This document shows positions 1 through 10,535 of a stretch of DNA of 64,000 nucleotides, one piece after another (the first letter of the stretch is position 1; the number at the start of each line of letters is the position of its first letter). Below the pieces are notes generated by a model. It saw nothing but the letters and a program-made list of their open reading frames with translations, searched no databases and had not been told where the DNA came from. Made by a program: the position numbers and the translations under genes. This DNA is from Hyaloraphidium curvatum SAG 235-1 (Eukaryota > Fungi > Monoblepharomycota): NCBI GenBank assembly GCA_025558095.1, contig JAIVFI010000010.1, forward strand, positions 1-64,000. The letters are read 5' to 3'.

Positions 1-1966
1 CACAGAGATGTTGGCGATAACCGACGTGGTCTTCTTGGCAACGTCGTACTTCCAGGCGACGAGGGCCTGTCGGCTAGAACCGTCGTCCGCGTAAGGTTTC
101 CAGAAGGCGTCGATGGTGCCGTAGAGGGCACAGTCCGAGCCAAGAAGGATTCCCAGATGGCCGGGGTTCCATCGGTTAAGAATGACTCGAGTGTCGTGGT
201 CATTGGTGAGGTTATGCACAACGGAGAAGGCGCCGGCAGGCGTCATCTTCCAAATCACGGTGAAGTCGTAGAAGATATCTCTCGCGATGCCGTAGATGTT
301 GTCGTCCCCTGGGCAGCCCTGCACGATCCCACTCGGCTCATATATGTAGCGCAGGCCGAAATCAAAGCCGAGGTTGGAAAAAAAACCCGCAGAGGAGTAT
401 CGGTAAACGAAGCCCGCGAACGAGGGATTCTCATCGGCATGAGGCTCGGGGGAGACCCCGTATATGTCCCCGTTTCTGGCTCGGATGAGCGGGGGTACCT
501 GGACGCCGTACTGGGAGCCCTCGGGGGGCGGCGGGATCTCGGCTACGGCGGTGAGCGAACGGTCCGAGGCTCGGAAGCGGTACAACGTGGTTGACCTGGT
601 GCGCGTAGTTGATGCCGTGCGGCTCCTCGTCGCCGTCCTCGTAGCCGTCGTTGACGTCGAAGACAAGGTCTGCGGGGGACGATGTCAGGGCACTTAGCAC
701 TGCGCCGCATGCACCCGGCCAGCCTACCTTGGTAGTGGTGCTCGATGGAAGCGCGGTCGTGGTCCGCGTGCGGGACTGCGTGATCGTCGCCGTGGCAGTG
801 GAGCTGGATGCGGTGCGGCTCGTCGATCGCGCGGAGGTGGACCTCGACGGCGTCGTGGACGGGGTCTGGCTGGAGGTGGCCCTGGCGGAAGTGCTCGACC
901 GGTTGCGGGTCTGGGTTCCCGTGGCCGAAGTGCTTGTTGCCGTCCGCGAGGCTGTCCGCGATGCGGACGTGGTCGAACGGGCCCGCGTGGCCGTCTGGGT
1001 GGCCGAGGTGCTTGATGAGGTGACCGAGGTGCTCGAAGGCGTCTTAGTCGCCGTCCGGGAGGTCGTCGGGGTAACCCAGGTGCTCGAACGGGTAGCGGAG
1101 GTACTCGTCCGAGATGCCGTGGCCGAGGTCGAGGTCGGAGTCGCGGACCGCGTGCTCGTGAGGCACGGGCACGCCGGGCACAGGGCGACGTCGAAAGCAG
1201 CCCTAACCGTCGTCGTGACGGTGACAGTAACGGCAGCGATCTGCATGTTGTAGGGAGGTGATCAGCATGCGGTTCTCCGCGATGTCCGATGCAATCCCAC
1301 GTTGTTGAGCGCGACGCGAGCCCTCGTCGTGGCAATCACGGTCTTGGTCTCCGTGACGGTCTCCGCCGGTGCAAGAGGGCAGCATGCGGCGACTTCCGTC
1401 CCCGCAGTTGCGCCGCTGATCAACTCGGCCGACGGAGGGCACATCGGGCACTCGTCGCGGGGCAGCAGGCGCAGGTCCCTCCCGTGCTGATCGCTGGTCC
1501 AGCGGTCGCGGGCGAACCTCGCCTGGGCCACACCCTGGGTGCTCGTAACGGTCACGGTGCGGGTGCGGCGGAGGGGCGTGCAGCAGCAGCCGGCTTGAAC
1601 GGTCGACCTGGGGGCAGATCAGACTCGGCCCCGATAAGATGCATTTCCCACCCACCCGCAAGACGGGCCGGCGACGAACTGAGTGGCGTCGGCGGCGCAC
1701 GCGGCGAGCAGCACGGCCACGAGGAGGACCACGATGGCGGTCCACCCCCGGGCACCCGCGGACTTGGATCCCGGGCGCCCCTTGAGCGCCCCCGAGATCC
1801 CCGCACAAAAAGCATTCGCGCCTTCGGGCCCGGCACCCTGGAGCTGGGTGGCGGGCGCGCAAGGGCACCGAATGGCGCCGGGACCAGCCGCGTGCCCGCG
1901 GCGTGCCGGGGGCGCCTGCGCGGGAGAGACTTGTGAAACGGCCGGAGAACGCGCCGCGGGCATCAT
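1..1966 (-). CDS. Secreted/surface Ser/Thr-rich protein with Cys modules and a C-terminal GloVer-like (beta-propeller-type) repeat region; 3' end runs off the window
   Basis: Hydrophobic segment WTAIVVLLVAVLLAACAA. Spliced reading through three GT-AG introns (about 1609-1653, 1241-1300, 670-727) gives CCC-TPLRR, ECPMCPP...ACCP and a long S/T tract. An open frame from 669 to 1 then reads LIRARNGDIYG...GIVQGCPGDDNIYG...VIWKMTPAGAFSVVH...GILLGSDCALYGT. Start codon uncertain. Confidence 0.65.
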
Positions 1967-2680
1967 CGGCGCTATCGACGGCGGCGAGCGAGCAGCAGCG
2001 AATCGATTACGGCCCGGCGATAAAGTCAGTCAGTCAGCAAAAGTCCGTCAATCGAAGCCTGACGGACCCGCGGTCCAGAACAAGGGAGAACACAGCCCGC
2101 GTCGCCAAGAACGTTCGAACGACCACGATGACAGCGCGCTCTCGGCCCCCGACCAACCTTCTTTATTGCGGGCCATCCGCTGGTAATATCTGCGCCGGCG
2201 CTATCGCGGGACCGGTCCTGGAAACGAACTCGGACCCGCACCCACCTCCGCGTCAGCCGCTCGCATGGCATTGGAGATCGCGATCGCCAATCTGGTCCCG
2301 ATCCGGCGGAGGCGGACCAATGCCGATTATCCGCGTGGGGCGACGGGAGGAAAGAAATTTGCGCGGGGGGAGGTGGGACCGGGTCGGCGCCGTGCCGGCG
2401 GCGAGGCTCCCCGTCCGTCCTCGTCCAACCCATCGGTTTCCGTTCGTCGAGAAATGAACAATTGTTCGGTTCGCGCGGCAGCAGAATAGACACAATTGCG
2501 TCTCTGCCGACCTCTTCTTCGGGCTCTTGCGGGATCCGGGGCGCTCCTCCCCCGCGCGCGCTGCGCGCCCATGGGGACCTCTCAGAACCCCTCAGGGCCC
2601 CATAACCTAACTCCTCCTCCGCCGCGCCGCCCCCGTTTCCCCCGCCGCGCATCGCCCGCGGCCACCCGCGCTTCAGCAAC

Positions 2681-3176
2681 ATGTCATCTGGGGCCTCGCA
2701 TTTGGAGGACGGGAGGGGCCTGCTGGGCTCCCGCGGCGGTGGGCGGCCTCCCCGCCCCGGGTGCCGCCGCAACTGACCCGACCGCCGACCTTCGCCCGAT
2801 TCCCGTCCTCGCCTTGTGGAAACCAGCCACCCCCGCGGTGCAGGCCACCGCGTTTGCCCAGCACCTCCTCACCTCGGCGCTCTTCGGCTTCCTCGCGGCC
2901 GTCGCGCTCAAGCTCTTCGGCCCGCCGCTGGCCACCGCCGCCCTCGTCCTTTTCGCCATCGTCATGTTCCTCGCATACAAGGGCTGGCTGAACGTCAACT
3001 GGACCGGCGTGGGGCGGATGGCCGCGTCGTTCGCCGACGCGGACGGCGACGGGCGGCTGGGGCTGTCGGACGCGAGGGAGTGGGCGGCGCGGGGGACGAG
3101 GGTGCTGGTAAGGTTCGGGGCGACGAGCGTGGCGGGGTTTGCGGCGGGGTTCGTGCTGGGTTTCTACGTGTTCTGA
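2681..3176 (+). CDS. FUN14-family mitochondrial membrane protein
   Basis: ATG at 2681 and a phase-1 intron 2739-2826 (GT..CTGAC..CAG) join in frame. Motifs LFGFLAAVALK, LAYKGWLNVNW, DADGDG, GFAAGFVLGF. Confidence 0.8.
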
Positions 3177-3324
3177 CGCCGGCGGGGGTTAAACACGCGC
3201 GCGCTCCGCCCCCACCCCCTCCCTCGCCGTCCTCGAACCCCCGCTTGCGGACGTACGGCCCCCGGCAAATCAGCGCCCTAGCTTCCCCCGCCGGGACACA
3301 CGCTGTCCAGCCTCGATCGCGGGA

Positions 3325-3700
3325 CCATCAACACGGACCATCGCCTACGTGTGGCTCCTCAACTCGTCTCTCCGGTGGTTCATCGACATCTCGGTCACGT
3401 ACCCGAACCCCGCGCAGCTCCCCGCAGCGGCCACCAAGGCGCTTGCGGCCGCAGAGGCGCGCTATCTTGCTGCTAAGGTCCGGCACTACCGGCGCTACTA
3501 TCTGATCGGGACCAACACTCCGACCTCTCTCGGTCCCGCAGTGATGGAATCTACGGGGGCCTTCCATCCCGAGTTCGAGCGGCTTCTTCAACAGCTGTCT
3601 CTCCTCGCCTTCCCCCGGGGATGACATCGATGGGCTGAGGGCCCTCTTCACGACTTCGGCACGCCAGCGGCTTACGGCGGCCCTGGTGCGTGGCACAGAA
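3325..3700 (+). mobile_element. Degenerate fragment of a non-LTR retrotransposon C-terminal restriction-like endonuclease (CRE/NeSL/R2-type)
   Basis: Reads IDISVTYP...AAAEARYLAAKVRHY...PAVMESTGAF. After a +1 slip in the C/G run 3612-3620 it continues RQRLTAALVRG, matching the RLE-end pattern DVxVxxP..K..KY..PxxxExxG..QRLSVALQRGN. No RT domain nearby. Confidence 0.55.
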
Positions 3701-4042
3701 CCCGTATCCGACGCTGGGTCAATCTTTGCGTTCGCGGCAACGGCGGCGGCTCTGCTGGAGGTTCTTCGGACGGCCAGGACTCCGGATCGGGATCGCTGCA
3801 GGGGGCATCCACGGCGGCTGGTAGGGCGGCTGGTGAGGTAAATAGTCGGGTGGAGGGCACGGCTCAGTGGCTCTACGAGATGGAAGGGTAAAGTTCGGGG
3901 GGCAGGGCTTCGCTTTTCGTGTATATTTAGATGGATTGTTCTCAATACTAGCTCTTGATTGTTCGGGGCGAAGCCATGCCCCCGGATGATCCGTCCCCAC
4001 GCCGCCCGTCCGGCACGCGAAAAAGCGTCGGACGACATCGAA

Positions 4043-5584
4043 ATGGCTGGATCGCCCGGCAGGACAGCGGCCGCCGCGGCGGCCGACCCCTCTGCGGTCG
4101 CTGTGGCCGGCACGGGGCGCCTCCGCGACTTCTCCCAGGCCGAATGGCTCGCGGTCTTGCCGTCGCCGCCGAACGCCCGCGGCGCCAGCCGTCTCTTCCG
4201 CGGCGGCGGCGCCGGGCCGCCGCGCCCCCCGCTGGACCGCCGCACGCTGCTGCACGAGGTCGGCCGCCGCAGCGCGCTGCTGCTGTTCGGGGTGCGGCTG
4301 CACCTCGCCGCCGCGCCGTGGGCGTCGCGCATCGTGCTGCGGGGCGCGCTGTGGGCGCCGCCCACCGCCGTCGTCGTGCTCTCCGCGCAGGCCTTCAACG
4401 ACGGGCGCTACGGGACCGCGCAGCTGGCCGCGGGCATCTTCGCCTCCCTGTTCTGCGTCGTCGGGGGAGTCGTCATGGTCCTCTTTGCCTCGCTGGGCCG
4501 CACGTACAGGCAGGTTGCCACCGCAAAGGGACATTCGGCGCAACGACCGCCCGAGCCGGACTACGCCGCGCACCCTCTGGCCGTCCTGGTGCGCTGGTCG
4601 CAGCTTGTCGAGCTGGATTCGGCCGGCGCAGACCGCGAGCCCCGTGGGGACGTTTCGCCGCTCCTCCGCCACGACGAGGCGGACCCCCTTTGCCCATGCG
4701 CGGCGGGCACCTGCGCCGGGTCCCTGGTCCGGAGCGTTCCGGTGCTGAGCCTCCTCGAAGTGTCGTGCCGGCTTCTTGCGGTGACGACGCCGAACGTTCT
4801 GGCGCTCTCAAGTCCCATGATCATCAGTGCCGGGCCCTTTTGGACCTCATGGTGGGCGGTCCCGGGGATGCTTGCCCTCCTTGGCCTCGCGGACTACGTA
4901 CCCGTCAATGTCGTCGGCCGCTTCCCCACCAACGCCTCGCTCCTGCGCCTTTCCCTTCGGATCCAGCGCCGCGCGATGCTCCTCTCGCTCCGCAGCCTCC
5001 TCGCCTCCTTTAACCACGCGCTCTCCTCGGCCGCGGAACCCCCGGACGACGACCTATACGCCAGGTTGCACTACCGCCTCGCCGACGCGTGGGAACGCCG
5101 CGTGCCCCACATGTCGGGCGGCGTCCTCCTGGGCTTCGCTGCCGGCATGTTTCTCGTCTCCCTCGTCTCCAACCTCGCCGCGGGCTCCTGCGTGCCCGCC
5201 TACGCCGCCGCGGGCTTCGCCTATATACTCCTCATGGCCTCGACGGACCTAGCCCACGCAGCCCTGTCCAACGAGCAGATCGAAAGGATCACGGACCTCT
5301 ACCGCGGCGCGCAGACCGAGATCCGGGACATGCTCGTGCGCGCGGAACGCCACCCCCCCTCCCCTGCCCTCTCCCGGGTGGAGAGGGCCCTACGGAGGCA
5401 CGACGCGCTGCTGTCGTCGTTCAGGGAGGTCGCGGTGTTCAGGGGCCGCTTCCTGGGGTTCGTCGCGGACTTTGGCGTGCTACGGACGTTCCTCGTGACC
5501 GTGTTCACGCTGGCCGTGGGGTTGTGGTCGGTCGCAAGGGGCTCGGTGTTCTTCACCCTGGACTCGATATGTCCGGCGCGGTGA
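4043..5584 (+). CDS. Intronless multi-pass (about 7 TM) membrane protein, gustatory-receptor-like/7TMIC-like family, paralogue A
   Basis: Long ORF. Shares FSxAExxAxLP, LLRHD..CPC..CAG, NLAAGSC and C-terminal GRFLGFVADFGVLRTFLVTVFTLAVGLWSV...CP with 6131-7618 and 55824-57230. Confidence 0.75.
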   Translation: MAGSPGRTAAAAAADPSAVAVAGTGRLRDFSQAEWLAVLPSPPNARGASRLFRGGGAGPPRPPLDRRTLLHEVGRRSALLLFGVRLHLAAAPWASRIVLRGALWAPPTAVVVLSAQAFNDGRYGTAQLAAGIFASLFCVVGGVVMVLFASLGRTYRQVATAKGHSAQRPPEPDYAAHPLAVLVRWSQLVELDSAGADREPRGDVSPLLRHDEADPLCPCAAGTCAGSLVRSVPVLSLLEVSCRLLAVTTPNVLALSSPMIISAGPFWTSWWAVPGMLALLGLADYVPVNVVGRFPTNASLLRLSLRIQRRAMLLSLRSLLASFNHALSSAAEPPDDDLYARLHYRLADAWERRVPHMSGGVLLGFAAGMFLVSLVSNLAAGSCVPAYAAAGFAYILLMASTDLAHAALSNEQIERITDLYRGAQTEIRDMLVRAERHPPSPALSRVERALRRHDALLSSFREVAVFRGRFLGFVADFGVLRTFLVTVFTLAVGLWSVARGSVFFTLDSICPAR

Positions 5585-6130
5585 GTGGCGGATGGCTGGC
5601 TGTCCGTGGCCTTCGCCGTCAGCTACTGGGCGGCCAGATCAGCTGCGCGCACTGCAGTCCGCACATCCGATGCACGGCCTGCCGGACTTGATGGCGGCGG
5701 CGGCAGCTGGAGGACCGGGAGTGGATCTCAAGCCAATCCACGCCCGAGCCCGAACGTTCGGTGGTCCTGGCGCAGTGGCGCGTCCACGGCGGCGTCGACG
5801 GCGCCGGCGCGGTGGCCGCCAACCGGCCCGAGAAGCGCAAGGAGGGCATCCGCAAGGCGGTGGACAAGCAGCTGCGGCACTTTTTTCGGCACCAAGATCT
5901 GCCGGACGCGCACCGACCGGGAGATCGAGTACTTGGAGGGGCACGACAAGCCTGGCGAGGTCACCAAATCTATCCTTCACTGGCTGGTTCCCCGTCGATC
6001 CTGGTGGAAAACACTGGTCCAGAACTACTTGTGTGCATGTCCACTGTCTTGCAGCGCTGACACGCTCGATTGCACGGAAAGCACATCCAACCCACCAATT
6101 CCTCCCGGTCACCCGCCGTTCCGGGATCCA

Positions 6131-7618
6131 TCACGCTGACTGGAACGGGCACACGATGTCCATGGTCACGAACGTCCCCCCCGCGCGCAGCACCGAGTAC
6201 AGACCGACCAGCAGGGTCAGGAACGTGAGCAGCGTCCCCCTGACCGTGGCCCCCGTGATGGGGAACCCGAAAAAGGTCGCCCGGTGCTCGTCGGCCTCGA
6301 GCATCGTCGAGAGCTCCTCCTTGTGCCCCTCGAGCGCCGACAGCACCGCGGCCCGGGAGGCGGGGTCGTCGGTCGGTGCGACGCCGATGCGCCGGGCGGC
6401 GGTGCGGATGCGGGAACGGGCGCGGCGCACGAGCGCAGAGAGCTCGGTGACTTCGCGGTTGGCGACGGCCACCACGACGAGGTGGGTAAAGACTTCGGTG
6501 AGGAGGACGAGGGTCGCGAGGGTGTTGAAGGTGACGCAGGAGCCCGCGACCAGGTTGGCGATGCCCACGACGGCCTCGGAGAGCACGGCGAAGGCGAAAA
6601 AGCGCATGCCGGCTTCCGAGGAAGCGGTGGCTTGGTTCCAGCACGCCGCGTAGCGGGAAAAGAGCGCGGCGTAGTCGTCGCCCAGGGGGACCTGCGATGC
6701 GGGATCGGGGCCGGCGGCGCCGCGGCAAACGTGCTCCGCGACCCGCTCGCAGCCCTCCACGGTGCGGTCCAGCAGGACGTTGAGGGCGCGTACGTGCAGG
6801 CGGCGCTGCAACGACAGCGTTGCGACGGATGTGTCGAAGAAGGTCTCGTTGACAAACTGGCTCGAGAGGAGGACGGCGGAAACCGCCAGGAAGGCCGAGG
6901 AGAGCAGGATGCTCCACCACTCCGACCAATTGGCGGAACCGAGGGTGTAGAAAGCGGTGTACGACATGCCGAAGCACCACTCCACGACCACGTGAACGAC
7001 GTGGACGGCGAACCGTGCGGCGGCGGCGGCGTCCGCGCGGCTCCCGGCGAGCGGGCCGGCGCAGCCGGGCAGACAGCACGGGCAGTTCCCGTCGCCCGCA
7101 TCGTGCCGCAGGAGCGCCGACGAGCCAGCGGCGTCCTCGGCCGCGAGCCGGCGGTACCGCGCGATCGTCGACACCCCGTCGAGGCTGACTTGGTCGCCGG
7201 GGCGCGCGGCCGGCAGCCAGCCCCACGCGCCGGGCGCCGCCACGCCGTACTGCACGGGGAACAGCAGCAGCGTGCCGCCGCGGAAAGCGGTCGCCACCGC
7301 GAGCTGCCGCAGCCCGAACCGCGCGCGGCCGAAGCCCCACGCCGGCGCCAGCAGCGCCGCCATCGACACGCACCACGCCGCGTACGCCCCCGGGCCGAAG
7401 CCGCGCGGCATGTGCGTCTTGAACCACAGCACGCCGCGCACATGCGCGCGCAGGAGCGGCGGCAGGACGTCCGCGTCAAAGGTCGCGTACGTCGGCGGGT
7501 CCGGGTCCGCCGCAGCTCCCAGCGCCGGCCCGCTGTGCGGAAACAGCGCAGCATATTCGGACGGCGTGAAGCCGAGCAGGCCGGCCGGGCCGTCGTCGCC
7601 CTCCAGGGACCCCTTCAT
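6131..7618 (-). CDS. Intronless multi-pass membrane protein, same family, paralogue B
   Basis: MKGSLEG...GFTPSEYAALFP; LLRHDAGDGNCPCCLPGCAG; NLVAGSC; ATFFGFPITGATVRGTLLTFLTLLVGLYSVLR...CP. Confidence 0.75.
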   Translation of the reverse strand: MKGSLEGDDGPAGLLGFTPSEYAALFPHSGPALGAAADPDPPTYATFDADVLPPLLRAHVRGVLWFKTHMPRGFGPGAYAAWCVSMAALLAPAWGFGRARFGLRQLAVATAFRGGTLLLFPVQYGVAAPGAWGWLPAARPGDQVSLDGVSTIARYRRLAAEDAAGSSALLRHDAGDGNCPCCLPGCAGPLAGSRADAAAAARFAVHVVHVVVEWCFGMSYTAFYTLGSANWSEWWSILLSSAFLAVSAVLLSSQFVNETFFDTSVATLSLQRRLHVRALNVLLDRTVEGCERVAEHVCRGAAGPDPASQVPLGDDYAALFSRYAACWNQATASSEAGMRFFAFAVLSEAVVGIANLVAGSCVTFNTLATLVLLTEVFTHLVVVAVANREVTELSALVRRARSRIRTAARRIGVAPTDDPASRAAVLSALEGHKEELSTMLEADEHRATFFGFPITGATVRGTLLTFLTLLVGLYSVLRAGGTFVTMDIVCPFQSA

Positions 7619-7812
7619 TATGGCCAAGGGACTGCCAGATTGCGTGGTGCTGGCTTGCTGGACGCCGTTCCCAGATGCGGCGCTTGATGTTGTGGTACGA
7701 CATGTTGGCGGCGAGTAGAACCTAGGTCCACCTAGGTCGTCCGATGACCCTGCTGATACTGATTTTCCGCCTCCCCTCCCCGCTCCCGTGTCCCCGTCCC
7801 CGCAGCCGGCAC

Positions 7813-8949
7813 CTACTCCCCCCTGGCCAGCGCCGCGATGTCCCTCGCCGTATCCCTCGACACATCCGGGCACACGTGGAATATCTCGGTGCCGTGGATG
7901 GTCCCCATGTGCTGCTTGCACCTCGCGGGCACGCCCGCGCGGAGGAGGAGGCGGTAGAACGCGATGCCCTCGTCGAGGAGGGGGTCGCATTCGTTGACGA
8001 GGATGCGGGTGGGGGGGAAGCCGGCGACGTCGGATTCGGTGGAGAAGAGGGGCCACGCGAGGGGGTCCTTGGCTTCGAAGGCGCTCAGGCCGTAGCCTTG
8101 GAGCGGGGGTGAGCGCGGGGCGCGGTGGGGGGGCGAGGGAACGCACCGACTGTCCAGCGGTTGTTGTGGAGGTCCAGGAGGATGCCGTTGTTGGAAATCG
8201 TCGAGGGCAGGTCATCGCGGGGCCAGCTGCCTGCGATGAACGGGCAGAGTGCGTAGATGCCCTGTCGAGACCAATCAGCACGGAGCGAGGGTTCCCCAGC
8301 ATCGGTTTCTCCCGACCTTGATGAGCCCGATGTTCCCCTCCTTGTTGAGCTTGAGCGCCGTGGCGATGGCCAGGTTCCCGCCGCCGCTCTCCCCCGCGAC
8401 GATGATCTTTTCGGGGTCGATCCCGAGCTCCGCCGCGTGCGACGCGACCCACTTGACCCCCGACACGCAGTCGTTGAGCCCCGCCGGGTACTGCGCGACC
8501 TCGGGCGTCGAGCTCGGCTCGAGGTAGTTGCGGAAGTCCACCATGGCGACGCAGACGCCCTGGTTGGCGATGACGCGGGCCCACGCGCGGTACGGCCCGT
8601 CGTACGCCGAGCCGAAGGCCATGCCGCCGCCGTGGAAGTACGTGACGCATGGGAGCGTGTCGCCGTTGTCCGGACGCGTGACGCGGACCTTGATTTTGTT
8701 GCCGTCGGGGTCGCTCTTGAACTCGAACTCGGACACTTTCAGGCCCTTGGAGGGCGCGGCGGCCTCGGTATCGACGGCCTCGAGCGACGCCTTGGTGACG
8801 GCCGCGCGAGCCAGTCCCTCGGGGCTGCGCGCCTCCGCGAGGAGCGCTTCGTACGAGTCGACGTTCGCCTGCGGGAGCGCCGGGAACGCGCCCATCAGCA
8901 GCTGGATGCGCGGGTCGATGCGCGGGTCGGTCGCAATTTTGGACGCCAT
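7813..8949 (-). CDS. Alpha/beta hydrolase, hormone-sensitive-lipase family esterase (2 introns)
   Basis: HGGG oxyanion motif and GESGG nucleophile. ECDPL (Asp) and IHGT (His) appear after splicing intron 8262-8316 and a second intron near 8098-8146. Stop TAG at 7813-7815. Confidence 0.9.
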
Positions 8950-9373
8950 CGCGAAGCACGAGGCAGCGGGTTATGGGAAGTTGTGCGGTGGGGGACGTTT
9001 CCGGCGGGCCGATTGGCGTCGCTGTGGCAAGAGACACAACGAACATGCCGCGAAGGATGGGTCCTGATAGTGAGAGCGGAGCAAACAACCAGAACGGGTA
9101 GCCTTAATCTGGAGGGCTGCGCTCCCGTCTCTGTTCTGGGCGGCCGGGCGGCGAAGGTGAGGGATCGCAGCTCGGGCACGTCGCAGGAGCAGTGAGAGCT
9201 GCAGCGGCAACTCCTCAGCAGTTCGATTGAAGGACGTATTCCGACTAGAACGCCTTCCAATCTTTTGCTTCCGGGGCGCGCGATGCTACCAGCGCGGTCG
9301 TCGTGCCCGTCGGGACCGCCGCGTCATCACTCCTCCAGCATCCCGCCGCCCTCCCAACGCCTCCCCAGCCGCC

Positions 9374-10464
9374 ATGGAGGGCGACGACTACTTCGCCCCG
9401 GTCATGCGCACGAACCCCGTTCCCGACGCGGAGCCGACCAATGGCCAGGACCTCGCGGGGCTGGTCGCGGCGCACCCCTGGATCGCAAAGTGGCGCGAAC
9501 CGCCGCGCGAGAGGCTCATCGACAAGCTTTCGGCTGCGTGGCTGGGGCGCAGACTGTCTGGGAGCAGTGGAGAGGGCGGACGAGGGCCGTTGAGCCGTGT
9601 CGTGTCCGGGATGCTGGGAGACGCGGCAGGAGGGTGTGTACAAGGGGAACCGACCGCCAACGACGACGGCCGGGAGGGTTCCAGTGCGCTTTCGCCCCAC
9701 AACGACAACGCTGATTCCGACGGGGACCCGCTTTCGGAGGAGCACGGGTCCGCGGACCAGGCTTCGGACAGCGAAGGCGGCGTCGGCGACCTCGACGGCC
9801 CTCCGCGCCGTGACCCAAAGAGGGGTTGGCGCAGGGCGTGCCTCCACCCCGGCTGCACGACGAGCCCGTCGTTTGGGTTCCCCGGGGAACGACCAGCGGT
9901 ACTGCTTCTCGCACCAGCTGCCGGGAATGGTCAACAACCGGCGGCTGTCGGGCAAGCCGAAGAAGCCCGCGGCGCGGCCGTTGGCTCCGAAACCCGTGCC
10001 GCACGCGAACGAGGATCGCAGGAAGCGCGGCCGGAAGGGCGACTCGGACGAGTCGGAAGACTCGTCGTACGATTCATCCGATCGCGGGCCGCAGAGGAGG
10101 CGCCGCCGCCCGCCCCAGGCGGACGGCCCCGTCCTGCGCCCCTGCAAGTTCCCCGGATGCCCGCGCTCCGCCAACTACGGCCCCGAGGGCCCCGGTCAGC
10201 TGCTGCGCTGTTCGTCGCACAAGCTCGCGGGCATGGTGCCCAAGTACCGGCACTGCGCGGCGGACGGGTGCTCCAACTTCCCGTGGTTCCGCACGAGCTG
10301 GAAAAGCGGGTACTGCCGCGCGCACCGCCGTCCCGGACTGCCATTCCGGAGCCCGTGCTTCGTGTTTGGGTGCAGGGCTGGGGGAACCTACGAGGCGGCC
10401 GGGGAGCATCGACAGATACTGCGACATGCACCGCGAAGACGGAATGGTGGTGCTGACCGAGTGA
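9374..10464 (+). pseudogene. EsV-1-7-like Cys-rich (CCCH) repeat protein, copy 1, with two +1 frameshifts
   Basis: Four C-x4-C-x(14-17)-C-x2-H-x3-G(M/L) repeats, e.g. CLHPGCTTSPSFGFPG/DQRYCFSHQLPGM. Extra bases near 9880-9887 and 10392-10395 relative to copy 2. These could be assembly errors. Confidence 0.7.
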
Positions 10465-10535
10465 TTGCGGACCGCGCAGCGAGACTTTAGGGAGCGGGAT
10501 CGTCATGGTATCGTCGAATCTAATCTAATCGGCCT

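Noticed and set aside
6131-9088. 985 aa ORF as a single fusion protein
   Set aside because: Its first half is an off-frame reading of the spliced esterase gene. Family homology starts near ATG 7618.
9880-9887. Programmed ribosomal frameshift in EsV-1-7-like copy 1
   Set aside because: There is no canonical slippery heptamer and the paralogue is in frame here. A homopolymer indel or sequencing error is more likely.
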